A program made the position numbers and the translations under genes. Source: Dehalococcoidia bacterium (GTDB taxonomy: Bacteria > Chloroflexota > Dehalococcoidia > Lucifugimonadales > QGNO01). From it: DNA of 64,000 nucleotides. The notes under the pieces were generated by a model that saw only the letters and a list, made by a program, of their open reading frames with translations, ran no database searches and was not told the origin of the DNA. Numbering within the stretch: position 1 is the first letter of the stretch; each line of letters begins with the position of its first letter. Location: NCBI GenBank assembly GCA_965116555.1, contig OZ220698.1:1844444-1908443 (forward strand), written 5' to 3'. Below are positions 35,204 to 45,571 of the stretch, piece after piece.

Positions 35204-36541
35204 CTACACTTTCCGGCCTGGCTTAGCTGTAAAGGCACGGACAAGGACGTACCCCACCAAGCCGGAGATGATGGATCCGGTGAGTATGCCTATCTTAGAG
35301 ACGTCGATCAGATCCCCATCGCCGAAAGCCAGCCCTGATATGAAGAGGGACATGGTGAAGCCAATACCCGCCAGCCACCCTACGGCATACATCTGTGGCC
35401 AGGAGACGCCTTGAGGTAGGGCCCCCCAATCCAGCTTAACGGCCAGCCATGCGGCGAAGGTGATGCCCACCTGTTTACCTACGACAAGGCCTAAGATGAT
35501 CCCCGTGCTTACGGGATCGAAGAGATGTGCAGTAAAGTCAGATCCAAGGGTAACGCCTGCGTTTGACAGGGCAAAGAGAGGCACAATTCCAAAGGCTATC
35601 CACGGATGGAGCGTATGCTCCAACCGCTGCAAGGGCGTCCATACTTGGGTAATGGCCTCTTCCATGCGCTGCAGAGCCACCTGCTGCCCCTGTTGGACGG
35701 GCCCAGCCTTGCCGACATCTCCTGCTTGTCTGTACTCATCCAGGATCTCACGGCCGCTTTCAAGGAATTCGTCGGCGCCCGTGTTCAAGCGCGCCGGGAT
35801 AGTGGAGGCAAGAAGGATCCCGGCAATGGTGGCGTGAACGCCTGACTGCAAAAAGGCAAACCAGAGAAAGAACCCTACAATTAAATAAGGCAATGGGTTA
35901 CGTATTCCAACACGATTGAAGGCAACCAGCAAGCCAAAAATACCTAAGCCAATGAGCAGGCTGAGAATAGATATCTCTTCCGTGTAGAACAGGGCTATTA
36001 CAAGCACCGCGCCTATGTCGTCAAAGATGGCAACGGCAACGAGGAATGCTTTGAGGGCTAGGGGAACGCGAGACCCGAGTACAGCAAGGACCCCCAGGGC
36101 AAATGCAATATCGGTGGCCATGGGTATACCCCAGCCAACCGAGCCCTCGGAGTTGAAGTTGAAGGCGGTATAGATTAGCGCGGGAACCACCATTCCACCA
36201 ACAGCGGCAATCATGGGCAAGGTGGCTTGTCTTATGGATGACAACTCACCAACTACTAGTTCACGCTTTATTTCCAAGCCAACCACAAAGAAGAAAACCA
36301 CCATGATGCCATCGTTGATCCAGTGCCCCAGGTCGTGGGAGATATGAAAGGCGCCCACTTCAAAAGCAATTTCAGTGTGCCAGAAGTCGTAATAGCTCTC
36401 CGACCAGGGGGAATTGGCCCAAACCATGGCAGCAACAGCGGCGACAAGCAGGACGATACCGCCGGAGGCCTGTTTGTGAACGAAGTCCCTCAACGGTTGC
36501 AAGAAATGCTGTGGACTATGTCTGGAGTCAGCGCGCCGCAT
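35204..36541 (-). CDS. nhaA: Na+/H+ antiporter NhaA
   Basis: 445 aa with ...FVHKQASGGIVLLVAAVAAMVWANSPW... and ...MATDIAFALGVLA... blocks. Confidence 0.85.
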   Translation of the reverse strand: MRRADSRHSPQHFLQPLRDFVHKQASGGIVLLVAAVAAMVWANSPWSESYYDFWHTEIAFEVGAFHISHDLGHWINDGIMVVFFFVVGLEIKRELVVGELSSIRQATLPMIAAVGGMVVPALIYTAFNFNSEGSVGWGIPMATDIAFALGVLAVLGSRVPLALKAFLVAVAIFDDIGAVLVIALFYTEEISILSLLIGLGIFGLLVAFNRVGIRNPLPYLIVGFFLWFAFLQSGVHATIAGILLASTIPARLNTGADEFLESGREILDEYRQAGDVGKAGPVQQGQQVALQRMEEAITQVWTPLQRLEHTLHPWIAFGIVPLFALSNAGVTLGSDFTAHLFDPVSTGIILGLVVGKQVGITFAAWLAVKLDWGALPQGVSWPQMYAVGWLAGIGFTMSLFISGLAFGDGDLIDVSKIGILTGSIISGLVGYVLVRAFTAKPGRKV

Positions 36542-36674
36542 GGGGTGAATTATATCTTAGTCCGGCCGCAAAAGCGCCAGTGACCCAGTCCACAATACTC
36601 TATGGCAAGAAGAAAACAGTCCAGCACGCCTCCATCACCTCCGCATTAGGGGTATCCTTGCAGCCGATTGGGGG

Positions 36675-37370
36675 TCAGTCCAGCCCGGACCGTTTCAGCA
36701 GCTCAGGCAGAGAAAACTCCTTGCTCTGGAGGAACGATATCTGGTCGGTTTCGCGCTGATGGAGCTCTTCCACCTTGGCCGGGAGGTCGCCGACTACTTC
36801 GTGCGGAATGGTTATCACGCCTATTTTGTCGGCGAACACCAGGTCCCCGGGTCGAATGATCTGGTCGCTGAGGGTGACGGGGTTGCCGGTATCCACCATG
36901 TTGACGAACGCGCCGGTGCCGTGGGCGGATACCGTGCCCGGCGCAAACATGTGGAACCCAATCTCGTGGACTTCATCCGTGTCGCGGACTCCGCCGTCGG
37001 TGACAATCCCGATTGCGCCCAGAGAGCGGGCGGTGTTGGCCATGATGGCGCCAAAGACCAGGCTGCGGACTCTGTTGTGTCCTCCCGCCTTCATCACGAT
37101 AACGGCGGGTTTGGGGGAGGCATCTATGGATTCAAGGTAGCGGCGCTGCACGTCAGGGCGGACGGGCCGGTCCGGGGTGAGGTTGTCCAGAACAGCCGTG
37201 ACGGCAAAGCCGACCATGGGCCCCAGATCGGGGAAGAGGCAACGGACGTCATAGCCCAGGTAGCCCTCCGTAGCGGGACGGACGCCCATCATGCGAATGG
37301 TGTCGGATATTTCAGGCGAGGTGTACTTCTTGAGGGCGTCTAGTTGAGCTTGGCTGATCCGCTCAGTCAT
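36675..37370 (-). CDS. RraA-family protein (4-hydroxy-4-methyl-2-oxoglutarate aldolase / RNase E regulator-like)
   Basis: 231 aa with ...AIMANTARSLGAIGIVTDGGVRD... and ...GDLVFADKIGV..IP blocks. Confidence 0.7.
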   Translation of the reverse strand: MTERISQAQLDALKKYTSPEISDTIRMMGVRPATEGYLGYDVRCLFPDLGPMVGFAVTAVLDNLTPDRPVRPDVQRRYLESIDASPKPAVIVMKAGGHNRVRSLVFGAIMANTARSLGAIGIVTDGGVRDTDEVHEIGFHMFAPGTVSAHGTGAFVNMVDTGNPVTLSDQIIRPGDLVFADKIGVITIPHEVVGDLPAKVEELHQRETDQISFLQSKEFSLPELLKRSGLD

Positions 37371-37492
37371 GTCGTGCTCCTTTCAAGGCGGCGTGCAGAT
37401 GGTCTTGTTCCTTGTTTTACATGGTAGCGGCTGCCGGTGTCTATGCCAACCGGGATGCCAGCGAAGGGTGTAATCCGCGTCCGTTAGCCTTT

Positions 37493-38710
37493 ATGATACC
37501 AGCCATGACGACTGACACGCCAAAAGGCTGGCTGCCGCGCCTGTGGGAGGTGCTTTTTGTAACGACGCGGCTGGGGCTGACCTCGTTCGGCGGGCCGGTG
37601 GCTCACCTGGGGTACTTTCGTGAAGAGTACGTGCAGCGCCGGAAGTGGCTGGACGAGCACACCTACGCCGACATAGTCGCCCTATGCCAGTTCCTGCCAG
37701 GCCCGGCAAGCAGCCAGGTGGGCATCGCGGTGGGGATGACACGAGCCGGGCTGCTGGGCGGTTTTGTTGCCTGGCTTGGCTTCACACTGCCCTCCGCCGC
37801 TGCGCTCATCCTGTTCGCCTACGGTGTCACCTCGTTTGACATAGCCGATGCGGGCTGGCTGCACGGCCTGAAGGTCGTGGCGGTTGCCGTGGTCGCCCTG
37901 GCGGTCTGGGGAATGGCGAAGAATCTCTGCCCGGACAAGCCACGCGTTACCCTGGCCGTCCTAGCGGCCATCGCCATACTGGCCGCGCCAAACGCCCTGC
38001 TCCAGGTGGCGGTTATCGCGGCAGGCGGGATACTGGGATGGCTGTTTCTCCGTGTCGACCAGTCCGAGATGGCAACGGAAAGCAGACCTCCGGTTGGCCG
38101 CGGCATTGCCATCGCCTCGCTGGTGGTTTTCGCCGGCTTGCTGATCGGCCTTCCCCTGCTCCGGCAGGTGGTGTCGTACGAGGCGCTGGAGATCTTCGAC
38201 AGCTTCTTCCGCGCCGGATCGCTGGTGTTCGGCGGAGGGCACGTGGTGCTGCCGCTGCTCCAAGCGGAGGTGGTGCCGCCGGGCTGGGTCAGCAACGACG
38301 CTTTCATTGCGGGATACGGCGCAGCGCAGGCGGTGCCGGGGCCTCTGTTCACCTTTGCCGCATACCTGGGAGCGGTCATAGAGGATACGCCTGCCCGCTG
38401 GATGGGGGGCGTCTTCACACTAGTCGCCATCTTCCTGCCGTCGTTCTTCCTGGTCACGGCGGTCTTGCCCTTCTGGGACAGGCTGCGGAGCATGGACAAT
38501 TTCCGCCGGGCGCTGATGGGGATCAACGCCGCCGTGGTGGGCCTGCTGCTGGCGGCGCTGTACGACCCTGTATGGACGAGCGCCATACTTACCCCCGCCG
38601 ACTTTGCACTGGGGCTGGCCTCCTTTGTGCTGCTTGCCTTCTGGAAGTTCCCGCCGTGGCTGGTGGTGATACTCGCCGCCCTGGGTGGACAGGGGATAAG
38701 CTATCTGTAG
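37493..38710 (+). CDS. chrA: chromate transporter ChrA (two CHR domains)
   Basis: LGLTSFGGPVAHLGYFREEYV....WL......ADIVALCQFLPGPASSQ in the first half, and a second FGGGHVVLPLL... half. The start could be 37493 or 37505. Confidence 0.8.
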   Translation: MIPAMTTDTPKGWLPRLWEVLFVTTRLGLTSFGGPVAHLGYFREEYVQRRKWLDEHTYADIVALCQFLPGPASSQVGIAVGMTRAGLLGGFVAWLGFTLPSAAALILFAYGVTSFDIADAGWLHGLKVVAVAVVALAVWGMAKNLCPDKPRVTLAVLAAIAILAAPNALLQVAVIAAGGILGWLFLRVDQSEMATESRPPVGRGIAIASLVVFAGLLIGLPLLRQVVSYEALEIFDSFFRAGSLVFGGGHVVLPLLQAEVVPPGWVSNDAFIAGYGAAQAVPGPLFTFAAYLGAVIEDTPARWMGGVFTLVAIFLPSFFLVTAVLPFWDRLRSMDNFRRALMGINAAVVGLLLAALYDPVWTSAILTPADFALGLASFVLLAFWKFPPWLVVILAALGGQGISYL

Positions 38711-38727
38711 AAGGGAGGATCCAAACC

Positions 38728-39978
38728 GTGCGGTTCCGACCCGGCGGGCTATGGCGTCACCATAACTTTCTGAAACTGTGGTCAAGTCATACTGTATCGC
38801 AGTTCGGCTATCAGATCTCTTTTCTTGCGGTGCCTCTACTGGCTGTGCTGGTCTTGGATGCAACCCCCTTACAAATGGGTGTATTGATTGCGGTAGGAGG
38901 ACTGCCTACGCTATTCATCGGACTGCTTGCTGGGGCATGGGTCGATAGGCGACGACGACGGCCAGTCCTGATTGCAGCAAACTGGAGCCGCGCCTTACTA
39001 CTTCTGGTCATCCCTATAACGGCCTGGCTGGGTGTACTAAGCATAGAGCTTCTGTATTTGGTTGCGTTTGGCCTAGGGAACCTCGGCCTGCTTTTTGATG
39101 TGGCACATCGTTCATTCTTGCCATCCCTGGTAGAGCGAAATCAGATAATCGAAGCCAATAGCAATCTTGAGCTAGGTCGTTCCGCATCTGAGGTTGCCGG
39201 ACCCGGAGTTGCAGGGGTACTGGTTCAGCTAGTCTCGGCTCAAGTTGCAATCCTGGTTAACGCAGTCACTTTTCTGGCATCCGCCATACTTCTACAGTCA
39301 ATCAAGATTAACGAGGCAGAACCTGTTCGTTCAGGACAAGAGCAGACTATCTGGAAAGAGGCGGGTGAAGGTCTCAAATCTGTAGTCAACAATCCTATAT
39401 TGAGAACGCTGGCCATTTCCGCAGGTATTATTGGCCTGTTCAATGCTATGCAGGAAGCCGTGTGGATCCTGTATATAGTCCGCCAGTTGGACTTAAGTCC
39501 AAGCATACTAGGCCTAATATTTTCAATCGGGAGTATAGGACTTCTACTTGGGGCAGCAATGGGGCGGCGAACCACCAAACGGATAGGGCTAGGACCGTCA
39601 ATCATACTAGGTGTGCTGCTTGTGGCGGTTGGCGATCTGATTATACCGTTAGCGACAGGCCCTACATTGGTGTTGGCAATCCTGCTTGCCATGGCACAAT
39701 TCCTGTTCGGTATAGGGGTTACCACATACAACATAGGCCAAGTCAGCGTCCGTCAGCTTATGACCCCTGATCACCTGCAGGGGAGGGTCAACGCAACGAT
39801 GCGAGTTGTAACCATATCGACGATACCGGTAGGCGCGCTTATAGGGGGATATCTCGGGGAGTCAATTAGCCTAAGACCGACCTTATTTGTAGGAGTAGCT
39901 GGGGAGATGCTGGCGGTAATCTTCTTGCTACTGTCACCCTTAAGGTCGGTTCAAAAGACACCGCCAATTGGACTATAG
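38728..39978 (+). CDS. MFS transporter (MFS_3 / EntS-like subfamily), lower-G+C paralogue
   Basis: GTG 38728 lies 9 nt after AGGGAGG. ...HNFLKLWSSHTVSQFGYQISFLAVPLLAVLVLDATPLQMG... is the family signature. The listed 646-aa ORF (38038..) is a read-through artefact. A 60-nt sample gives about 45% G+C. Confidence 0.8.
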   Translation: MRFRPGGLWRHHNFLKLWSSHTVSQFGYQISFLAVPLLAVLVLDATPLQMGVLIAVGGLPTLFIGLLAGAWVDRRRRRPVLIAANWSRALLLLVIPITAWLGVLSIELLYLVAFGLGNLGLLFDVAHRSFLPSLVERNQIIEANSNLELGRSASEVAGPGVAGVLVQLVSAQVAILVNAVTFLASAILLQSIKINEAEPVRSGQEQTIWKEAGEGLKSVVNNPILRTLAISAGIIGLFNAMQEAVWILYIVRQLDLSPSILGLIFSIGSIGLLLGAAMGRRTTKRIGLGPSIILGVLLVAVGDLIIPLATGPTLVLAILLAMAQFLFGIGVTTYNIGQVSVRQLMTPDHLQGRVNATMRVVTISTIPVGALIGGYLGESISLRPTLFVGVAGEMLAVIFLLLSPLRSVQKTPPIGL

Positions 39979-40003
39979 AAGCCCCTGCACGTCCGGGCCG
40001 CCG

Positions 40004-40672
40004 CTACGGCTTTTTCCTGAAGAGCCCCTTTAGACGCTCGCCGTGGTTCCATAGCCCGGTAACGACGAATGATGCTCCCAGCATCTTGACGATATCGCCG
40101 GGCATGTAGATGTACATGCCGTCGACGAACAGCTTGCCTTCGGCCGGCCACCCGAAGTCGATCGCGGAGAGCCAGATCAGCGCCGGGATGTACAGGGCCA
40201 GTCCACCGAGGGCAACCGCCCACAGCGAGCCTGAACGGGTGAAGCCCATCTGGCTGAGATATCCCGTCACCGCCGCGGCCACTATGAAGCCTATGATGTA
40301 ACCGCCGGTGACGCCTGCGATGGAAGCGTTCCAAGCATCCACGGGAGTACGCAACGCCCACGGGTCGGAGCTGGCGAACATGGGAAGTCCCAATGCCCCC
40401 AGCCCGATATAACCGAGCACGGCTCCGGCTCCCCACCTCCAGCCCATGACCCCGCCGGTGAGAAGCACGCCGAAGGTCTGCAGGGTTATCGGCGTGGGGT
40501 TCTCAGGCAGGTAGAACCTGGCCTTGGCGCAAACGAACATCAGGGCGATGAGCAAGACTGACGCAAGAACTCGATGCCCCGTGTGAGCAGTGGGAAAGAG
40601 GGTATCGAAGAGGGATTTGTCGACTCGACGCAGCGTGCCTAGAGCGCCGTATACGGGTGCGCTTGCCTGCAT
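40004..40672 (-). CDS. bioY: biotin transporter BioY
   Basis: GAGGAGG sits 9 nt before ATG 40672. TPITLQTFGVLLTGGVMGWRWGA... is the BioY hallmark. Confidence 0.8.
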   Translation of the reverse strand: MQASAPVYGALGTLRRVDKSLFDTLFPTAHTGHRVLASVLLIALMFVCAKARFYLPENPTPITLQTFGVLLTGGVMGWRWGAGAVLGYIGLGALGLPMFASSDPWALRTPVDAWNASIAGVTGGYIIGFIVAAAVTGYLSQMGFTRSGSLWAVALGGLALYIPALIWLSAIDFGWPAEGKLFVDGMYIYMPGDIVKMLGASFVVTGLWNHGERLKGLFRKKP

Positions 40673-40759
40673 GTAACCGTGCCTCCTCAAAGGGTGTAGT
40701 CCAGCGTTAACAAGGCAAGAGTATCGGCTAGAGCCTATGTTAAGTCAAGCAGGGCCCGC

Positions 40760-41863
40760 TCAGGAAGACTCCGTTTGCTGCGGCCTGAAAGCGCCGCGCC
40801 AGTCACGCGATGTGTCCAACTGAGGAATCTCCGGCTGGGGAATGGATTTCTCCACATTCCCCGCCCACTCCCTTGCGGAGGCAATCAGCCGATCTTCAAT
40901 ATCGTAGGCGAGGGGGTCGGCCATGAGCGCCTGCATCTGTTCATGGTCAATGCTGGACCAGTTGTCGACCATCCATCTGGCAGAGCGCCGCATACCCTCG
41001 TCCGGCGGGACAATGTCCCTGTAACCCAGCAGCTTCTTCATGCTGTAGACGTTGAGCTGGCCGGTGCGCCGCGTAGAGTAGCCGCCGGCCAGATCATAGG
41101 CCATGGGATGGCTTATCTCGACCGTCTCAAACTCATGATCAAGCGCCTCAGCGACAATGCGGACCGTGTCGCTGACGGTGTATCCCACCTCGTCTACGGA
41201 GTTGAAAATGTGGCCGTCCCCTTCCGATTTGTCGCAGCCAAGGAGGACCATGTGGGCGGCGTTCTCGGCATAGCAGGTGAGGCGGAGCTGGCTTCCATCG
41301 CCGGGGATTATGATCTGCTTGCGCCCGTCCAGCACGCGCTTGACGATTGACCACATCCACTGCCGGGGGGCCCTTGGCCCGTACACCGAGGTGTAGCGGA
41401 ACATAACGGCGGCAAAATCGCCGTTGTTGTGGTGCTCCATTACCCGCCGCTCGGTGTGGGCAATGGCGAAAGCATACGGGTTGAGGTCGCGCTCCGTGTA
41501 GGTGGGAAACTCCTCAGGAAGAGGTATCTCCAACCCCCGGGGGAAGGTCAGATGCTCGGGGCGGATGAAGCTCGGTCCGCCCGCGCCGACCAGTTTGCGA
41601 GTACGGCCCGCAACCACGTCCGCGATATGGCGAAGGCGGCCGTACATCGACACGACTACGTCCCACTCCTGGCCCTCCACGTCTTTGGCAAAGGCCTCTT
41701 TGGTGAATGGGTCGCCGTGTATGTGGCCGTGTGTTTGGGGAAGGTCGTCAGGCTCATGGAAACCCCGATGGTACACGGTGACCTCATAGCCACGGTCGAG
41801 AAGCCCCTGAACGATCAATGGCCCGGTGGGGCCGGTGCCGCCGACAACTAAAGCCTTCATCAT
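40760..41863 (-). CDS. NAD(P)-dependent epimerase/dehydratase-family protein
   Basis: GAAGGAGG precedes ATG 41863. MMKALVVGGTGPTGPLIV Rossmann motif. The listed ORF start at 41911 is upstream of the SD. Confidence 0.75.
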   Translation of the reverse strand: MMKALVVGGTGPTGPLIVQGLLDRGYEVTVYHRGFHEPDDLPQTHGHIHGDPFTKEAFAKDVEGQEWDVVVSMYGRLRHIADVVAGRTRKLVGAGGPSFIRPEHLTFPRGLEIPLPEEFPTYTERDLNPYAFAIAHTERRVMEHHNNGDFAAVMFRYTSVYGPRAPRQWMWSIVKRVLDGRKQIIIPGDGSQLRLTCYAENAAHMVLLGCDKSEGDGHIFNSVDEVGYTVSDTVRIVAEALDHEFETVEISHPMAYDLAGGYSTRRTGQLNVYSMKKLLGYRDIVPPDEGMRRSARWMVDNWSSIDHEQMQALMADPLAYDIEDRLIASAREWAGNVEKSIPQPEIPQLDTSRDWRGAFRPQQTESS

Positions 41864-42030
41864 GCCACCTCCTTCAATACTCCGCGAGCGGGAGTGGCAT
41901 AGGCATAACACCGCCTTGGGACGCTGTCAAGGAGCGAGTGAAAACGTGGTAGTTGCCGCATCGATTTACTTGACATAAGTCGATTTTGGGGTGTCGTGAA
42001 AATGCATGTTAGGCATGAGAAAGTGGTTGG

Positions 42031-42325
42031 ATGGCGGTTAACGGTGGAGTCGTGTTGTGCCTGAGAAGGGGGATTCGTTTCCAACGTTATGTTAAGTACA
42101 AGGCTAAATTGGAGGGAAATTTTGGCGGAGGTGAGAAACGAATCAGATCCTTGGACAGGCTCAGGACAAGTTCTTGGGGCAAAGTTGAGGATGGCAAGGC
42201 GGTCGTTTTGGCTGCCAATAGTCGCGCCACGCCGACGTTGTAGGGGCTGTTGGGCGCTTTTCCGCGAGTACATGGGTTAAGGGTAGCGGGCGCAGAGGGG
42301 TGTGGGAAAGGAGGAGATGTCAGGG
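42031..42325 (-). repeat. mosaic ~300-nt repeat, copy B (segments 42031-42215 and 42271-42325)
   Basis: Its reverse complement aligns almost base for base with 14946-15105 and 14813-14869. It carries a ~25-nt REP-like insertion (..cttggacaggctcaggacaagttc..) that copy A lacks. Confidence 0.85.
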
Positions 42326-42361
42326 TTCTGCCGCAACTGGTTCGCAGTGGCGAAGGGCTTG

Positions 42362-42669
42362 GGATTCTTCGTCGCTGTGCTCCTCAGAGTGACCCTTCAG
42401 TTATGCTCAGGGTAAACTCCCCCCGCTGCACCGCGTTGGGTTCCCGTCTACGCGGGCAAGACGGGTGTATGGAAGTGGGTGGCTGTTCAACACAGGGTTC
42501 ACCCCCATCTCAATCTTCCCCCATCAAGGGGGAAGAGGTTTGGTGCGCCTGCCCCGCTCATGTGGTTCGACAGGCTCACCATGAGCGGGAGCGGTTAGCC
42601 ATGACCCCGCCTCGCCCCTGGATGCCCGCCTGCGCGGGCAAGACGAATGGGAGTGCACGGGAATGACGG
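42362..42669. repeat. REP array upstream of pepN (A, partial D, hairpin, D, long C)
   Basis: ggattcttcgtcgctgtgctcctcagagtgac is reversed A. tcttccccc atcaa gggggaaga is a hairpin at 42514-42536. cccgctcatgtggttcgacaggctcaccatgagcggg is D. cctggatgcccgcctgcgcgggcaagacg...gggaatgacgg is reversed long C. Confidence 0.75.
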
Positions 42670-42679
42670 AGGGAGGGCA

Positions 42680-42708
42680 TTGTGGTACCTTAACCCCTGC
42701 CCTATAAC
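42680..42708 (+). promoter_or_regulatory. putative promoter of pepN
   Basis: TTGTGG, 17 nt, TATAAC. About 27 nt upstream of ATG 42735. Confidence 0.35.
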
Positions 42709-42734
42709 GACTATCGAGACGAGGTAGAGACCCC

Positions 42735-45326
42735 ATGGCGAATACGCAAGACCGTGTGATACTGCCGCAGCATTCACACCCCTTGAAATATGAGATCACG
42801 CTGGCTCCCGACCTGGAGAGTTTCACTTTTTCCGGCAACGAGACTATAGACGTCGAGATTACGCAGCCCACGTCCACTTTATCGCTGAACGCAGCCGATA
42901 TAGAGGTGCAGTCGGCGGCTGTGACCACGGACGGCGGCGGGATGAAGCAGGCAGGGGGCATAAGCTACAACGAAGAAGCGCAGACGGTCACCTTCGATTT
43001 TGGAGACCCAATGCCCGCAGGCCGCGCCAAGCTCGATCTGAGCTTTACGGGAGAGCTGAACGATAGGCTGCACGGCTTCTACCGCAGCACCTACCAGTCG
43101 GCAAGCGGCGAAACGCGGGTGCTGGCGGCGACACAGTTCGAGCCGACAGACGCAAGGCGCGCCTTCCCCTGCTGGGATGAGCCCAACAAGAAGGCCACCT
43201 TCGACGTAACGCTGGTCGTTCCATCGCACCTCACCGCCGTGTGCAATACGCCGATAGTCGGCGAGTCGGCGGAAGGCAGCGACAAGAAGCGAGTCCAGTT
43301 TGCGGAAACGCCGCCGATGTCGACCTACCTGCTGGCCTTTGTGGTCGGCGAATTGGAGTCGATAGAGGACACGGCGGACAGCGGGACGCTGTTGAGGATA
43401 TGGACGACACCGGGGAAATCGGAGCAGGGGCGTTTCGCGCTGGAAGCGGCAAAGCGGCTGCTGGCCTACTACAACGACTACTTCGGAATCCCGTATCCGC
43501 TGGAGAAGCTGGACCAGCTGGCGATACCGGACTTTGCGGCGGGGGCAATGGAGAACTGGGGCGCCATCACATACCGGGAGGTGGCGCTGCTGTTTGACGC
43601 GGAGAACTCGTCGCCAAGGGCGCGCCAGCTCATCGCGGAGGTGGTAGCCCACGAGATGGCGCACATGTGGTTCGGCGACCTGGTGACCATGGACTGGTGG
43701 AACGATCTATGGCTCAACGAGAGCTTTGCTTCATGGATGGCAACAAAGGCGGTAGACCATCTGTACCCGGAGTGGGACCTGTGGACTCAATTTGTATCGT
43801 CCGACGTGAATGCGGGGTTGGCACTGGACGGTCTGGAGAACTCGCACCCCATAGAGCAAGAGGTGAAAGACCCCTCTGAGATAAACCAGCTCTTTGATGC
43901 CATCAGCTATCAAAAGGGGGCCTCCATCCTGCGGATGCTGGAACAGTTCCTTGGGCCGGAGCAGTTCAGAAAAGGGCTGCGCCGGTACCTCTCAGAGCAC
44001 ATCTACCAAAACGCCACGGGTACGGACCTCTGGTCGGCGATGCAGGAAGAGACGGGTCAGCCGGTGGTGGCGATGATGGAAAGCTGGATCAACCAGGTGG
44101 GATATCCCGTCCTCAACGTGGAGGTAAACCGGGCTGACGCGGTGTCCATAGGTCTGACCCAGCAACGCTTCCTCTACTCCGGGCCCAACCAGGACACCAC
44201 GCTATGGCAGATCCCGGTGAGGGCATCGGTTCAAGGGGTGTCGGAGCCTGTGTCCATGGTAATGAGCGACAGGGAAGCCGCCTTGGAGGCTCAGCCGCCG
44301 CAGGGAATCAGCGATTCTTGGGTGAAGGTGAACTCGCAGCAGACCGGCTTCTACAGAGTCCAGTACAAGCAGGAAGACCTGGCAAGGCTGATACCGGCGG
44401 TAGAGTCGCTGGAACTACCCGCCGCCGACCGGCTGGGGCTGCAGGCGGACGCCTACGCACTGGCAAGGGCGGGGCTGGCCCCGGCGACACAGTTCTTGGA
44501 CCTGGCCCGGGCCTACGGAGAGGAGACCGAGTACCCCGTATGGGCCGATCTCACCGCCAATCTACGCGGCATGGCATCGCTCATTTCACAAGAGCCGTAC
44601 TACGAGCAATACCAGGAGTTCGGCAGAGGCCTGCTCAGCGATATAGCTCGCAAAGTGGGCTGGGAGAAGGAAGCGGACGAGGGGCATCTGCAGAGCCTGC
44701 TGCGCAGCACCGTACTAGGGCATATGGGAGCATTCGGCGACATCCCAGCGCTGGAAGAGGCGCAACAGCGGTTCCACCGCTACCTGGAGGAGCCGTCGTC
44801 GCTGTCGCCCGACATGCGAGGCGCGGTGTACAACCTGGCGGCGTACGGAGGAGACGGCAACACCTACACGTCCTTGGAGCGTCTCCACGACGAGACGGAC
44901 CTGCAGGAAGAGAAGGTGCGCCTGCTCCTGGCCCTGTCCAGCTTCCAAGACGAGGAACTGCTGCAAAAGACCATCGAGATGGCGCTATCGGAAAAGGTGC
45001 GGTCGCAGGACAGCGTGATGCTGGTCAACTTCGTGGCGAGCAACTTCAAGAACGGCAGAGAGATTGCCTGGGACTACACCAAGAGGAACTGGGAAGAGCT
45101 GGACAGGCGGTACGGGGCGGGCGGCTTTGCCATGATGCGGCTGGTGCAGATAACGGGCGGTTTCACCACGCCTGAGGCGAGGAAAGAGGTGGAGGAGTTC
45201 TTCAAGGAGCACCCCACACCCTCGGCAAGCCGCACGATTCAGCAGTCGTTGGAGCGGATAGACCTGAATATACGGTGGCTGGAGCAGAACCGGGCCGGTC
45301 TGTCGGAGTGGTTTGGGGCGAACTGA
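42735..45326 (+). CDS. pepN: M1-family aminopeptidase N (with ERAP1-like C-terminal domain)
   Basis: 863 aa with GAMENWG, HEMAHMWFGDLVTMDWWNDLWLNESFA (HExxH-18-E). Confidence 0.9.
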   Translation: MANTQDRVILPQHSHPLKYEITLAPDLESFTFSGNETIDVEITQPTSTLSLNAADIEVQSAAVTTDGGGMKQAGGISYNEEAQTVTFDFGDPMPAGRAKLDLSFTGELNDRLHGFYRSTYQSASGETRVLAATQFEPTDARRAFPCWDEPNKKATFDVTLVVPSHLTAVCNTPIVGESAEGSDKKRVQFAETPPMSTYLLAFVVGELESIEDTADSGTLLRIWTTPGKSEQGRFALEAAKRLLAYYNDYFGIPYPLEKLDQLAIPDFAAGAMENWGAITYREVALLFDAENSSPRARQLIAEVVAHEMAHMWFGDLVTMDWWNDLWLNESFASWMATKAVDHLYPEWDLWTQFVSSDVNAGLALDGLENSHPIEQEVKDPSEINQLFDAISYQKGASILRMLEQFLGPEQFRKGLRRYLSEHIYQNATGTDLWSAMQEETGQPVVAMMESWINQVGYPVLNVEVNRADAVSIGLTQQRFLYSGPNQDTTLWQIPVRASVQGVSEPVSMVMSDREAALEAQPPQGISDSWVKVNSQQTGFYRVQYKQEDLARLIPAVESLELPAADRLGLQADAYALARAGLAPATQFLDLARAYGEETEYPVWADLTANLRGMASLISQEPYYEQYQEFGRGLLSDIARKVGWEKEADEGHLQSLLRSTVLGHMGAFGDIPALEEAQQRFHRYLEEPSSLSPDMRGAVYNLAAYGGDGNTYTSLERLHDETDLQEEKVRLLLALSSFQDEELLQKTIEMALSEKVRSQDSVMLVNFVASNFKNGREIAWDYTKRNWEELDRRYGAGGFAMMRLVQITGGFTTPEARKEVEEFFKEHPTPSASRTIQQSLERIDLNIRWLEQNRAGLSEWFGAN

Positions 45327-45362
45327 GTCTGACCGACTCCTCAGTATGACAACCACCCCGCC

Positions 45363-45525
45363 CCTGGGTTCCCGACTTCTCGGGAACGACGGTGTGTTGG
45401 AAGCGGGAGGCTTTGGATTCTTCACTTCGTTCAGAATGACAGCCCCCCGCCGCCGCCGCCCCTGGATACCCGTCGCCACGGGTATGACGCCGCTCACTCC
45501 CTTCGACTATGCTCAGGGTGAGCGG
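45363..45525 (-). repeat. ordered REP super-repeat (reverse complement reads D-C-A-B)
   Basis: Plus-strand order is as follows. B-rev 45363-45392 is cctgggttcccgacttctcgggaacgacgg. A-rev lies at 45415-45440. C-rev 45461-45489 is cctggatacccgtcgccacgggtatgacg. D-rev lies at 45490-45525. The A-B linker (aagcctcccgcttccaacac) also matches the linker at 14712. Confidence 0.8.
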
Positions 45526-45571
45526 GAGTGTTTGCGGGTGGCGGGGTGTGTGGGCGGATACTAGTCCCGGC

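Noticed and set aside
38038-39978. Listed 646-aa ORF that would be the second-longest plus-strand protein in the region
   Set aside because: Its first ~230 codons overlap chrA in another frame and translate to Arg/Gly/Ala/Pro-rich low-complexity text. The recognisable MFS sequence begins only at GTG 38728, which has an AGGGAGG SD just after the chrA stop.
40691-40759. BirA operator upstream of bioY (TTAACA-N26-TGTTAA)
   Set aside because: The half-sites are everted relative to the known TGT(A/T)AAC-N14/15-GTT(A/T)ACA arrangement, and the spacing is wrong. The region is more simply a TTGACT-N17-GATACT promoter.
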